Source: Bacteroidota bacterium | GTDB lineage: Bacteria > Bacteroidota > Bacteroidia > UKL13-3 | Assembly (NCBI GenBank): GCA_040388375.1 | Contig: JAZKBU010000001.1 | Coordinates: 272,996 to 336,995 of the forward strand | DNA length: 64,000 nt | Direction of reading: 5' to 3' | Shown: positions 49,588 through 58,372 of the stretch, piece by piece | Layout of the letters: the number at the start of each line of letters is the position of its first letter | How positions within the stretch are numbered: the first letter of the stretch is position 1 | Notes under the pieces: model-generated | What the model saw: only the letters and a program-made list of their open reading frames with translations | Told to the model about the DNA's origin: nothing | Databases searched by the model: none | Position numbers and translations under genes: made by a program

Positions 49588-51690
49588 CTATCTTAGCAAA
49601 GTAAGGTTTCCTTTGGTTTCAAAGTGTTGTATTTTTTTATTGATATAACCTGAATACTTTACTTCGTATATATACACATCGCTTTGTGCTAACTTTGCAT
49701 TAACTGTTCCATCCCATTGCTTGCTCATGGTATTGGTAGTAAATACTAGCTCTCCCCAACGGTTATATATATTCATGTGGAATGTTTCTACATCGCTTGC
49801 TATGGGGGCATAAGTATCGTTCAATCCATCGCCATTGGGCGTAAATGCATTAGGTAAATATAAACTTACCGGACATTTGCGTTTTACTAGTGTACCATCG
49901 CTTCCATCGCAACCCCTGAAATCTTTTACTACCACAAAGTATTCGCCAACGGTTCCAACTATAATCCATTGTGTGGTATCATCTGTTGGTGTCCATTTGT
50001 AATGGGTAAATTTTTCACCCGCGTCCAGCTTTACCAATTCTTTTTCTTTGTCGCAAATAAAATACTCATCGCCTAAAGCTGTAAACAATGAGGGGTAATA
50101 TTCAATATGGATTGTATCTTCATTATAGCAACCACCATTGCTTACTTTAACGCTGTATTTTCCCGGTTTATTTACTTGAATATAGGGGCTGGTATCGCCT
50201 GTATTCCATTTATAAGTATCGGCATTTTGCGTGGCTGTTAAAGTTATTTTGGAACCAAAACACAAGGTTGTATCGTTTCCTAAATTAATGGTGGGTTTTT
50301 CGCCTATTTTAATTGTATCAACTAAACTAAATTTTGTGTTACATACAAACCAGTTAAAGCTTACTATAAATTTTCCTGCTGTTTGGTAGGTATGGGTTGT
50401 TGTTATTTTTTTGGAGGTATTATTATCGCCAAAATCCCAAAACAAGGAGTCGTACAAAAGGTCGGTTGAATCTTTTAACTGAAATATGGATTGGGTTAAT
50501 ACGCAATTGGGTGTTATGTTTAATTGTGGTGTGCCGGTGTATTGAAACTGATTGCTCACATCCAGTACAAAATTAGGGAAATGCTCTGCGCCAATACTAC
50601 CTAAAAATGGTTGTTTACGTAACTGAATGGAATTCTGTTTAAAATCGCAATTGGTGCCTTGTAGCCACGGTTGATTAATAACGGATATTTTGGAGGTAAA
50701 GGTTCTGCTCTCTGAACCGGTCAGGTATATTTTTCCATTGCTTCCTATTTGTAGGTCGCCAATTGATTCATGGGAGTTAGCTATTATAACCCTTGAACTG
50801 CTGGGGTTTGCTGTATTCATATCGTATTGGCATAAGAAGAACAGATCACTGCTCGTGTAATAGGATACATATAAAAATCTGCCCGATGAATCGTAACACA
50901 CATAGCCTGATTTTGCATATATACCTCCCAGAAAATCGAAAACTGATTTACTTAATGTTATTGTTCCGCATTTTTTATCGATAGAAAACTCCTGCACAAT
51001 ACAAGGGTCAGCACTATTTATATCTGAGTTGCTAAATATATAAGCTAACTTATCGCCTCTTCTGTTTGTGGTTAATTTACCATATAAGTATTGGGTATTG
51101 CTATAAGTTGGTTGCCCTGCTATTGATATTACGGGTGTTTTATTGATGGTGCAATCAACAATTTTATAGCTGAAAAATCTGTTATCGCCCTTTTTATGGG
51201 TAACCAACCAATGGCCTTGGTTATTGGGTAACCTTACGGCTGTAAATTGCAAATCCATATTGGTACCCAACAAACTATCTTTATACACCACATCGCCAAA
51301 TCCATTATTTAACGACATATCTACCATGGCATAGTAAATTATATTGTTCTCGTTGGTATAAAAAATAAGATGCTTTTTGTTGCTCCCTTTTACCACCATG
51401 CAGTTGGAAACGTATGGACTTGTTTTTAACTGACCATTGGGCATTGCTGTATGGGCTTTGTTAAAAACAGTTGTTCCATTGGTATAAAACAAGAGATTAC
51501 CTGTTGCATTGTCTGACAAGGAAGAACTAGCCGCTGGTGAATACATAATGCTTGTATTATCAGGTATAGGGGTCATTATATTGTTAGAAAAATTCATTCC
51601 TAAATAGGTACCGAAAAACCAATTGTTATTTTGGTTTTGTGCCTGCACCCAATAGGCATTAACTAACAATATAAATAACCACTTTTTCAT
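49588..51690 (-). CDS. T9SS type-B (gliding-motility-associated CHU_C) C-terminal-domain protein with PKD domain
   Basis: Signal peptide, a beta-propeller-like N-terminal region and a PKD motif (FWDFGDNNTSKK). The C-terminus CPVSLYLPNAFTPNGDGLNDTYAP...NRWGELVF...WDGTV...YIYEVKY matches the gliding-motility C-terminal sorting domain. Confidence 0.8.
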   Translation of the reverse strand: MKKWLFILLVNAYWVQAQNQNNNWFFGTYLGMNFSNNIMTPIPDNTSIMYSPAASSSLSDNATGNLLFYTNGTTVFNKAHTAMPNGQLKTSPYVSNCMVVKGSNKKHLIFYTNENNIIYYAMVDMSLNNGFGDVVYKDSLLGTNMDLQFTAVRLPNNQGHWLVTHKKGDNRFFSYKIVDCTINKTPVISIAGQPTYSNTQYLYGKLTTNRRGDKLAYIFSNSDINSADPCIVQEFSIDKKCGTITLSKSVFDFLGGIYAKSGYVCYDSSGRFLYVSYYTSSDLFFLCQYDMNTANPSSSRVIIANSHESIGDLQIGSNGKIYLTGSESRTFTSKISVINQPWLQGTNCDFKQNSIQLRKQPFLGSIGAEHFPNFVLDVSNQFQYTGTPQLNITPNCVLTQSIFQLKDSTDLLYDSLFWDFGDNNTSKKITTTHTYQTAGKFIVSFNWFVCNTKFSLVDTIKIGEKPTINLGNDTTLCFGSKITLTATQNADTYKWNTGDTSPYIQVNKPGKYSVKVSNGGCYNEDTIHIEYYPSLFTALGDEYFICDKEKELVKLDAGEKFTHYKWTPTDDTTQWIIVGTVGEYFVVVKDFRGCDGSDGTLVKRKCPVSLYLPNAFTPNGDGLNDTYAPIASDVETFHMNIYNRWGELVFTTNTMSKQWDGTVNAKLAQSDVYIYEVKYSGYINKKIQHFETKGNLTLLR

Positions 51691-51760
51691 TTAGCTTATT
51701 TGACAACTTATGTATGCAAAACATTGCATTACAATTATATTAAAACAGCAATTATGCTTA

Positions 51761-52396
51761 TTACATATTAAACCTGTAAATAGGATCAATATCTTCGGTT
51801 CCATCGTGTATTACACTTAAATCTGTTACCAAGCCGCTATTGATTCCATATACCCAGCCATGTAAATGTAAGGAACGTGTTTTCCACGCCTCCTGTACTA
51901 TAATTGTTTTGGCCAGATTTCTTACTTGTTCTATTACGTTTAATTCGGTTAGTCTGTCCAATCGCTTATCCATGTCTTCTATTGCTTCTAAAGTATTAGC
52001 ATTGTTTTTGTAAACGTCTTTTATGGCTCTAAGCCAATTATCGACAAAGCCATGTCTTTCATTACTCATAGCTGCCATAACACCTCCGCATCCATAATGT
52101 CCGCATACTATAATATGTTTTACTTTTAAATGCTTTACGGCATACTCTAATACGCTTAACAAATTCATATCGGCATGTATTACCAAATTGGCAATATTGC
52201 GGTGTACAAATATTTCACCGCTTTCTGTATTGGTTACTTCATTAGCCGGTACTCTACTATCGCTGCATCCTATCCAAAGGTACTCGGGCTTTTGCCCAAT
52301 CGATAATTTTTTAAAATACAAAGGGTCTTGAAATTTCTTTGACATGGCAAATCTTTTGTTGCCTTCTATTAATTTTTTATATGAATCTTCCATCAT
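51761..52396 (-). CDS. Beta-class carbonic anhydrase
   Basis: Zinc-ligand motifs CSDSRVP and HYGCGG, and a length of 211 aa. Confidence 0.9.
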   Translation of the reverse strand: MMEDSYKKLIEGNKRFAMSKKFQDPLYFKKLSIGQKPEYLWIGCSDSRVPANEVTNTESGEIFVHRNIANLVIHADMNLLSVLEYAVKHLKVKHIIVCGHYGCGGVMAAMSNERHGFVDNWLRAIKDVYKNNANTLEAIEDMDKRLDRLTELNVIEQVRNLAKTIIVQEAWKTRSLHLHGWVYGINSGLVTDLSVIHDGTEDIDPIYRFNM

Positions 52397-52446
52397 TTGT
52401 TTTATCGGTTATAATTTATTTTAAAATTATATTTTTAATTGACTTC

Positions 52447-53970
52447 TTAATTTTCGTATTTAAAAAACTCTACATCTATTTTTTTGTGATGGCTGTTTGT
52501 AACAAAATCTGAGATAACATCCTGTGCATCTCTGTTGATATGCTGATTGATACTGCCATCTACTATTACTTTGCTATCAGGTGCAACTGTTTTAAAAAAG
52601 TTAATTAAATACCCTTTGTTAAAAAAGGTTACATGTTGCGGCAACTTAAGCAGGTAATATCGTTTTCCTTCTATTAACTCTGTGTTCGACTCGAATGAAA
52701 ATTTTATATTATCCCTGATAATAAAAATAACAGCAATAATTAATCCGGCACAAACACCTTTTAACAAATCGGTTAAAAGCATTACAATAATAGTAATAAC
52801 AAAAGGAATAAACTGCTCTAAACCGTATTTCCATTGTTCTTTAAAAATGGCTAATTTGGTTAATTTAAAACCTGTTGTAATTAATACTGCAGCTAAACAG
52901 GCATTGGGAATTAGTGCCAATAATTGAGGAAATAAAATAACACTAAACAATAATAACATTGCATGTATAATGGCTGACCATTTTGTTTTGGCTCCTGCGT
53001 TTATATTGGCAGAGCTTCTAACAATTACGGAGGTAACGGGTAAGCCACCAATAAGCCCACAAACTATATTACCTATACCCTGGGCCAATAGTTCTTTGTT
53101 TGTATTTGATTCGTTTTTTTCTGTATCTAACTTATCAATTGCTTCTATACCCAACAATGTTTCTAAACTGGCCACAATAGCTAATGTAAATACTATTATC
53201 CAAAATGCTCCAGTATGAGCAAACGAAAAATCGGGTGTGGTCAAATTAGCCTTTACATCTGAAAAAGAAGTAATGGTAGGTAAATTAACCAAATGTTGGC
53301 TTTCTATTTTTAAAAGAGGATTTGCACTAAATAAAAGGGTACATATAATACCTAAAATAACTACCAGTAATGGACCGGGTAAAATGGCCAACACTTTGTT
53401 TTTCTTATATGCTGGCTTATCGGCCAACAATAAAATAATGAACGAGATAATACCTACAATAACGGCACCGGGTGTAATGTAATTAACCATGTTTAACAAC
53501 TCGGTAAATGAATTTTGTCCATCAGTTTGCATAAACTCAAAATCGCCCCCAGGGTCCTTATCGTATCCAAATAAATGGGGTATTTGTTTTATAATTAAAA
53601 TAATACCAATACCGGCTAACATACCTTTTATAACGGCATTGGGAATATAGTTACCAATACTTCCTGCTTTTAAAAAGCCTAAAAGTATTTGTACTACACC
53701 TGCTAAAACTACAGCAGCAAGAAAAACTTCATAGCTGCCCAGTTGGGCTATAGCTGCTATTACAATAGCTGTTAAACCGGCTGCCGGGCCAGAAACGCTG
53801 TATTTGGAACCGCTAAATATGGTAACTATTATACCCCCGACAACACCTGCTATAATTCCTGAAAACAATGGTACCCCGCAAGCCATGGCTATACCTAAAC
53901 ATAATGGCAAAGCCACTAAAAACACAACAATACCCGACTTTAAATCGGATAAAATATTTTTTTTAAACAT
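52447..53970 (-). CDS. SulP-family anion transporter (sulfate/bicarbonate permease) with STAS domain
   Basis: Polytopic SulP core with Gly-rich helices and a C-terminal STAS-like domain. It lies directly upstream of the carbonic anhydrase gene and is co-oriented with it. Confidence 0.88.
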   Translation of the reverse strand: MFKKNILSDLKSGIVVFLVALPLCLGIAMACGVPLFSGIIAGVVGGIIVTIFSGSKYSVSGPAAGLTAIVIAAIAQLGSYEVFLAAVVLAGVVQILLGFLKAGSIGNYIPNAVIKGMLAGIGIILIIKQIPHLFGYDKDPGGDFEFMQTDGQNSFTELLNMVNYITPGAVIVGIISFIILLLADKPAYKKNKVLAILPGPLLVVILGIICTLLFSANPLLKIESQHLVNLPTITSFSDVKANLTTPDFSFAHTGAFWIIVFTLAIVASLETLLGIEAIDKLDTEKNESNTNKELLAQGIGNIVCGLIGGLPVTSVIVRSSANINAGAKTKWSAIIHAMLLLFSVILFPQLLALIPNACLAAVLITTGFKLTKLAIFKEQWKYGLEQFIPFVITIIVMLLTDLLKGVCAGLIIAVIFIIRDNIKFSFESNTELIEGKRYYLLKLPQHVTFFNKGYLINFFKTVAPDSKVIVDGSINQHINRDAQDVISDFVTNSHHKKIDVEFFKYEN

Positions 53971-54034
53971 AAATACTTTTAAAATTATTTAATAATGAAA
54001 ACGGTCTGCACTCAAATCAAATGCAGGCATACAA

Positions 54035-54343
54035 TTACATAAAATAAGACTTGGGAGGGGGTTGGGGTATTTTCTTATTGCCCGCAATGCATTTCATTTC
54101 TGTACTGTTCCAAAAAACTTTTGATAGGATATGAAATGTTAAAAAGCGTGAGTCTTTAATGACGTCAAATATTTCGTCATTGGTATCGCTGTCGTGTGAT
54201 TCTTCTTCTTCTGTTATTTGATTAGATAGGGTTCTAAATACCTTACTCTCTTTGCACAAACCAATAATAGTAGATTGCAGCGTTAGTGAAACAACACTGA
54301 ATATGAAAAGAAAAAGAAACGTGTTACGTATGTTACTACTCAC
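54035..54343 (-). CDS. Hypothetical small protein (possibly spurious)
   Basis: A 102-aa ORF with a hydrophobic N-terminus and no motif. It sits in an otherwise empty gap. Confidence 0.3.
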   Translation of the reverse strand: MSSNIRNTFLFLFIFSVVSLTLQSTIIGLCKESKVFRTLSNQITEEEESHDSDTNDEIFDVIKDSRFLTFHILSKVFWNSTEMKCIAGNKKIPQPPPKSYFM

Positions 54344-54483
54344 TTTTTTTTACTGGTTTGGTTAATCTACCGGCCGCAAAATATATTATTTGACACAAGA
54401 TTCTATATAAATTTTATGTTAGCTTCCTTTAATGACTGTGTTTTAACAGTAAACTGTTAATTAAAAATATAATAAATGGGCAT

Positions 54484-54516
54484 AAAAAAAGCCGGGTAAA
54501 TATTACCCGGCTTTTA
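54484..54516 (-). terminator. Rho-independent terminator for the minus-strand FKBP gene cluster
   Basis: On the minus strand: aaaagccgggtaatatttacccggcttttttt, an 9-bp stem followed by a T-run. Confidence 0.65.
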
Positions 54517-54535
54517 ATTTTATCAATAGTATTTT

Positions 54536-55405
54536 CTATTCAAGACCTACTAATTCACAATCGAAAATTAATGTTGCATTGGGTGGAATAGCTCCCGGTG
54601 CACCTTTTTCGCCATAAGCCAACTCGCTTGGTATAATAAAACGCATTTTATCGCCTACATGCATTAATTCAATTCCTTCTTCCCAACCTTTTATAACCAT
54701 GCCTCTTCCTAATTGGAATTGAATTGGTTCACCACGTTCAACTGATGAATCAAATTTTTTGCCATCCATTAAGTATCCTGTGTAATGTACTGAAACGTAT
54801 TTACCTTGTTGGGCTTTTTCGCCTGTACCCGACTCTACTTTTATAAAACGTAAACCGCTTTGCATACGCACTGTATCTAAACCATCTACTACAAAAGGAA
54901 CAGCCGGTTTTGGTTTTGGAGATTCTACCGCATCAACTACTTCTACATCAAAAATAAGGGTAGCTTTTGGAGGGATAACACCACCCATACCGTTTTCGCC
55001 ATAAGCTAAATTATAAGGTATAGTAAATATTGCTTTATCGCCAACGTTTAACAACTGAAAACCTTCATCCCAACCCGGAATAACCTGACCGGCACCTACA
55101 GTAAATGAAAATGGTTTACCACCATCTCTTGAACTGTCAAATTTTTTACCATCAATTAATGTTCCGGTGTAATGTGCAGTTACTTTATCACCTTTCATTA
55201 CTTTCCTACCACTGCCTTTTTCGGTTACTCTAACCTTTAAACCACTGGCAGTAGTTATCTCATTTGGGTCTGTCATAGTTGCTTTCATTGGTTGCGAAAA
55301 TTTTTTTTGTGTTGTACCTTTTTTATTTGATTTAGGTTTTGCTTGTTGGGCAAAGTTGGCTCCAAATACAAACAACATTCCTATGGTTAATATTTTTTTA
55401 AACAT
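54536..55405 (-). CDS. FKBP-type peptidyl-prolyl cis-trans isomerase with two FKBP domains
   Basis: Signal peptide, then an internal duplication. The first domain is VTAHYTGTLIDGKKFDSSRDGGKPFSF...ATLIFDVEVV and the second is VSVHYTGYLMDGKKFDSSVERGEPIQF...ATLIFDCELV. Confidence 0.85.
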   Translation of the reverse strand: MFKKILTIGMLFVFGANFAQQAKPKSNKKGTTQKKFSQPMKATMTDPNEITTASGLKVRVTEKGSGRKVMKGDKVTAHYTGTLIDGKKFDSSRDGGKPFSFTVGAGQVIPGWDEGFQLLNVGDKAIFTIPYNLAYGENGMGGVIPPKATLIFDVEVVDAVESPKPKPAVPFVVDGLDTVRMQSGLRFIKVESGTGEKAQQGKYVSVHYTGYLMDGKKFDSSVERGEPIQFQLGRGMVIKGWEEGIELMHVGDKMRFIIPSELAYGEKGAPGAIPPNATLIFDCELVGLE

Positions 55406-55459
55406 CTTTTAAAATTGATAATTTCTACAATTGTATAAATAAAATTGCTGTAAAAAAAC

Positions 55460-56311
55460 TTAATTTATTTCCAGCACCTGCACATCGAATACCAAACTTG
55501 AATAAGGTGGTATTGGACCTGTTCCATGTGTTCCATAAGCTAAATACCACGGAATAATTAAACGATAGGTTTCTCCTTTTCGCATTAATTTTAATCCTTC
55601 ATCCCAACCTTTTATAACCTGATTCATACCTACCACAAACTTAAAAGGTTCTCCTTTTTCATTGGTATCAAACACATCTCCATCAACAAGCCAACCTTTG
55701 TAGGTTACTGAAACCATATTGCCCTGCGCCACTTTTGTACCTGTAGGGTTTGCCTTTATTAGTTTATAACGCAATCCGCTTTTGGTGGCTTTTACGCCTT
55801 TAATGCGTTTGCAATAATTGGCCATTTTAACAGAATCTGCTTTAATGGTTGGTGCATTTTGTTCTTTTGATTTTTGTTCAATTTCAGCAAAAGTATATGC
55901 CTCCTGAATATGGAAGAACAACTGCACCACACTATTTGGTTTAACAAAATTGGGCAATGGTGCATTGAAAGTTTTAGTGTAAAATGTATCTGCCAATACT
56001 CTTACTTCTATACTGTCGCCAACGTTTAGCTGGTAAAACACTTTTTGTAAACCCGGTTGTTCTGTAGGTATGTAGTAGGGTTTATCGCTACTGATACTAT
56101 TAAACAAAATGGTATCGCGGTTTTCTTCGCCCAGTTTTTTACCAAACCCAAGCAGGTCGACCAACATAACCATTTCTGGTTTTACATTTCTGCCCTTTTC
56201 ATTTCTGTTTATAAAACGAAAGGCAGTATTCTCATCAACTTTTATCCAGGTTTGTGCCTGAACAAAAGTTGATAACAACATAAAACATAAAAGTGAGATA
56301 CTTAAACGCAT
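55460..56311 (-). CDS. FKBP-type peptidyl-prolyl cis-trans isomerase (N-terminal domain + FKBP domain)
   Basis: Signal peptide and a C-terminal FKBP domain (VSVTYKGWLVDGDVFDTNEKGEPFKF...SSLVFDVQVLEIN). Confidence 0.85.
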   Translation of the reverse strand: MRLSISLLCFMLLSTFVQAQTWIKVDENTAFRFINRNEKGRNVKPEMVMLVDLLGFGKKLGEENRDTILFNSISSDKPYYIPTEQPGLQKVFYQLNVGDSIEVRVLADTFYTKTFNAPLPNFVKPNSVVQLFFHIQEAYTFAEIEQKSKEQNAPTIKADSVKMANYCKRIKGVKATKSGLRYKLIKANPTGTKVAQGNMVSVTYKGWLVDGDVFDTNEKGEPFKFVVGMNQVIKGWDEGLKLMRKGETYRLIIPWYLAYGTHGTGPIPPYSSLVFDVQVLEIN

Positions 56312-56315
56312 ATAA

Positions 56316-57194
56316 TTATTTTTTAGGGTTAGCTTTTCCTGGTAATACTTTTAAAAGCTTTACGTCAAAAATCAAGGTAGAGTTTGGAGGTATTGGACCA
56401 CCACCTTGTTCGCCATAAGCCAAACGAGAAGGAACGATTAATTTAGCTTCTTCACCTTCGTGCAGTAACAATATTCCTTCGTCCCAACCTTGTATAACTT
56501 GTTTAACACCAAGGGTAAATTTAAAAGGATTGGCTGCATCTTCATTTTGATCGAAAGTAACACCGCTTAATAAATAACCTTTATAAAGCATTTGTACTTC
56601 TTGTCCTGATTTTGGTTGTACACCGTTACTTGCTTTTGTTATAACATATTTTAAACCTGAAGCAGTAGTTTTTACATCTTTCAAATTGGCTACGTATTGG
56701 CTGGCAGCTATAGAATCAGTAGCAATGGCTTTTGCTTTTTCTTCTGCCTGCATTACTTTTAATTCTTCCTGGTTGTAAATGTTTTCTACTTTTACGGTAA
56801 AGCTTAACTTAGAACCTTTCTTTAAAAATGCCGGTGTTAACTGACCAAAACTTTTCATAAATAAAGTATCGGCATTTACTGTAAACTGAGCGCTATCGCC
56901 TTTATGTAACATCATAAAAACATCTTTTAAAGTAGTTTCATCAGCTGGTATATAATAAGCTTTTCCTATTTTATATGAATCAAACAAGGCTGTATCTTTA
57001 CCTCCTAATGAATCGGCAGTAACACCCATTCCTATCATTTGAATCATCATTAAATCGCCTTTTGATATTAAACGCGCAGTGTCGCTTGAGGTAATAATTC
57101 TATACTCTAAACCACTTTCTGTTGTTTGCATTTTTTTACCACAACTCATGGCTAAAAGGGATAATGCTCCCATAGCTAATACTAATTTTCTCAT
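56316..57194 (-). CDS. FKBP-type peptidyl-prolyl cis-trans isomerase lipoprotein (GldI-like candidate)
   Basis: Lipobox (LLAMSCGKK) and a C-terminal FKBP domain (VQMLYKGYLLSGVTFDQNEDAANPFKF...STLIFDVKLLKV). It is paralogous to the preceding gene. Confidence 0.8.
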   Translation of the reverse strand: MRKLVLAMGALSLLAMSCGKKMQTTESGLEYRIITSSDTARLISKGDLMMIQMIGMGVTADSLGGKDTALFDSYKIGKAYYIPADETTLKDVFMMLHKGDSAQFTVNADTLFMKSFGQLTPAFLKKGSKLSFTVKVENIYNQEELKVMQAEEKAKAIATDSIAASQYVANLKDVKTTASGLKYVITKASNGVQPKSGQEVQMLYKGYLLSGVTFDQNEDAANPFKFTLGVKQVIQGWDEGILLLHEGEEAKLIVPSRLAYGEQGGGPIPPNSTLIFDVKLLKVLPGKANPKK

Positions 57195-57216
57195 TGTTTA
57201 TTTTTCTTATTCGTTA

Positions 57217-58227
57217 TTAATTTAAATACTCTTTATACTCTTTTAAAGCTTCTTTAAAAGTTTGTTCTACCTGTTCTAATGGTGCTTTGCTCTCGCCTCC
57301 GGCAGCACTAAAATGTCCGCCTCCGTTAAAATATTTTCTTGCAAACTCATTAGCCGGGAAATTACCTTTTGCCCTGAAACTCATTTTTCTTGCCACTGTT
57401 CTGTCAACTATCAGCACCGAAAATTTTATATCTTTAATAGACAGACCGTAATTCACCAATCCTTCTGAATCTCCTACAATAATATCATATTTCTTTAACT
57501 CCTCAGCAGTAACGCATATAAGTGCTGTTTTGTATTCGGGGAAAATTTGTAATTTTTCGTTTAAACAGTAGCCAATAAAACGGGTTCTGTTCTCTGAATA
57601 GTTATCGTAAATTTTTTCGAAAATAATATTGCTTTCCGCCCCTTTATCCAACAACTCGGCAGCTACTCTGTGTGTGTTTGAAGTAGTGCTGCTGTGTTTA
57701 AATGAAGCCGTATCGGTCATAATACCTGCGTATAAACACGAGGCAATGTCTTTATTAATTAAATGTTCGAATGAAAGTATTTTAATAAACCAATAAATTA
57801 ATTCGCAAGTGCTGCTTGCATTACTGGTCCAAAGTCTGTACGAGTCAAAATTTTCCGGTTGTAAATGATGGTCTATCATTACTTTTTTAGCGGCAGCATT
57901 GGCTACAATTTCGCCCAGTTCATTAATTCTTTTCAAAGCATTAAAGTCTAAACAGAAAACAAAATCGGCTTCTTCAATTATTTGTTTAGCAATAGCAGGC
58001 TTTTCTTCAAAGTCAATAACGGTCTTTTCGCCTGGCAACCATTTTAAAAAATCGCCATAATCGGTTGGAGTTATTACCTGTGCCTCTATATTTAATTGCA
58101 ATAAAAAATGGTACAAACCCAAACTTGAACCCAATGCATCTGCATCCGGCTTATGGTGTGTAGTAATTACAATTTTAGGCTTATTGGCCGCTAGTAGTAA
58201 AGGTTTTAACTCAACAATATTATTCAT
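57217..58227 (-). CDS. nrnA: DHH-family phosphoesterase (NrnA-like oligoribonuclease/pAp phosphatase)
   Basis: DHH motif context ITTHHKPDADALGS and a DHHA1-like C-terminus (GGGHFSAAGG). Confidence 0.8.
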   Translation of the reverse strand: MNNIVELKPLLLAANKPKIVITTHHKPDADALGSSLGLYHFLLQLNIEAQVITPTDYGDFLKWLPGEKTVIDFEEKPAIAKQIIEEADFVFCLDFNALKRINELGEIVANAAAKKVMIDHHLQPENFDSYRLWTSNASSTCELIYWFIKILSFEHLINKDIASCLYAGIMTDTASFKHSSTTSNTHRVAAELLDKGAESNIIFEKIYDNYSENRTRFIGYCLNEKLQIFPEYKTALICVTAEELKKYDIIVGDSEGLVNYGLSIKDIKFSVLIVDRTVARKMSFRAKGNFPANEFARKYFNGGGHFSAAGGESKAPLEQVEQTFKEALKEYKEYLN

Positions 58228-58372
58228 TGGATTTTTTTAAAGCGATGCAAATGTCGTTAAAAACCAATCAAAAACAAGTTGAAAACAAATTGTCATACAA
58301 GTATTACTTAGCGCAGCGAAATATGGGGCTGTACCACTAATTTTTGATACTTAGCAATACAAAACGCAGGAA

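Noticed and set aside
54035-54343. Treating the 102-aa ORF between SulP and the FKBP cluster as part of either operon
   Set aside because: There are no motifs, and the flanking gaps hold a strong terminator. I kept it only as a low-confidence hypothetical.
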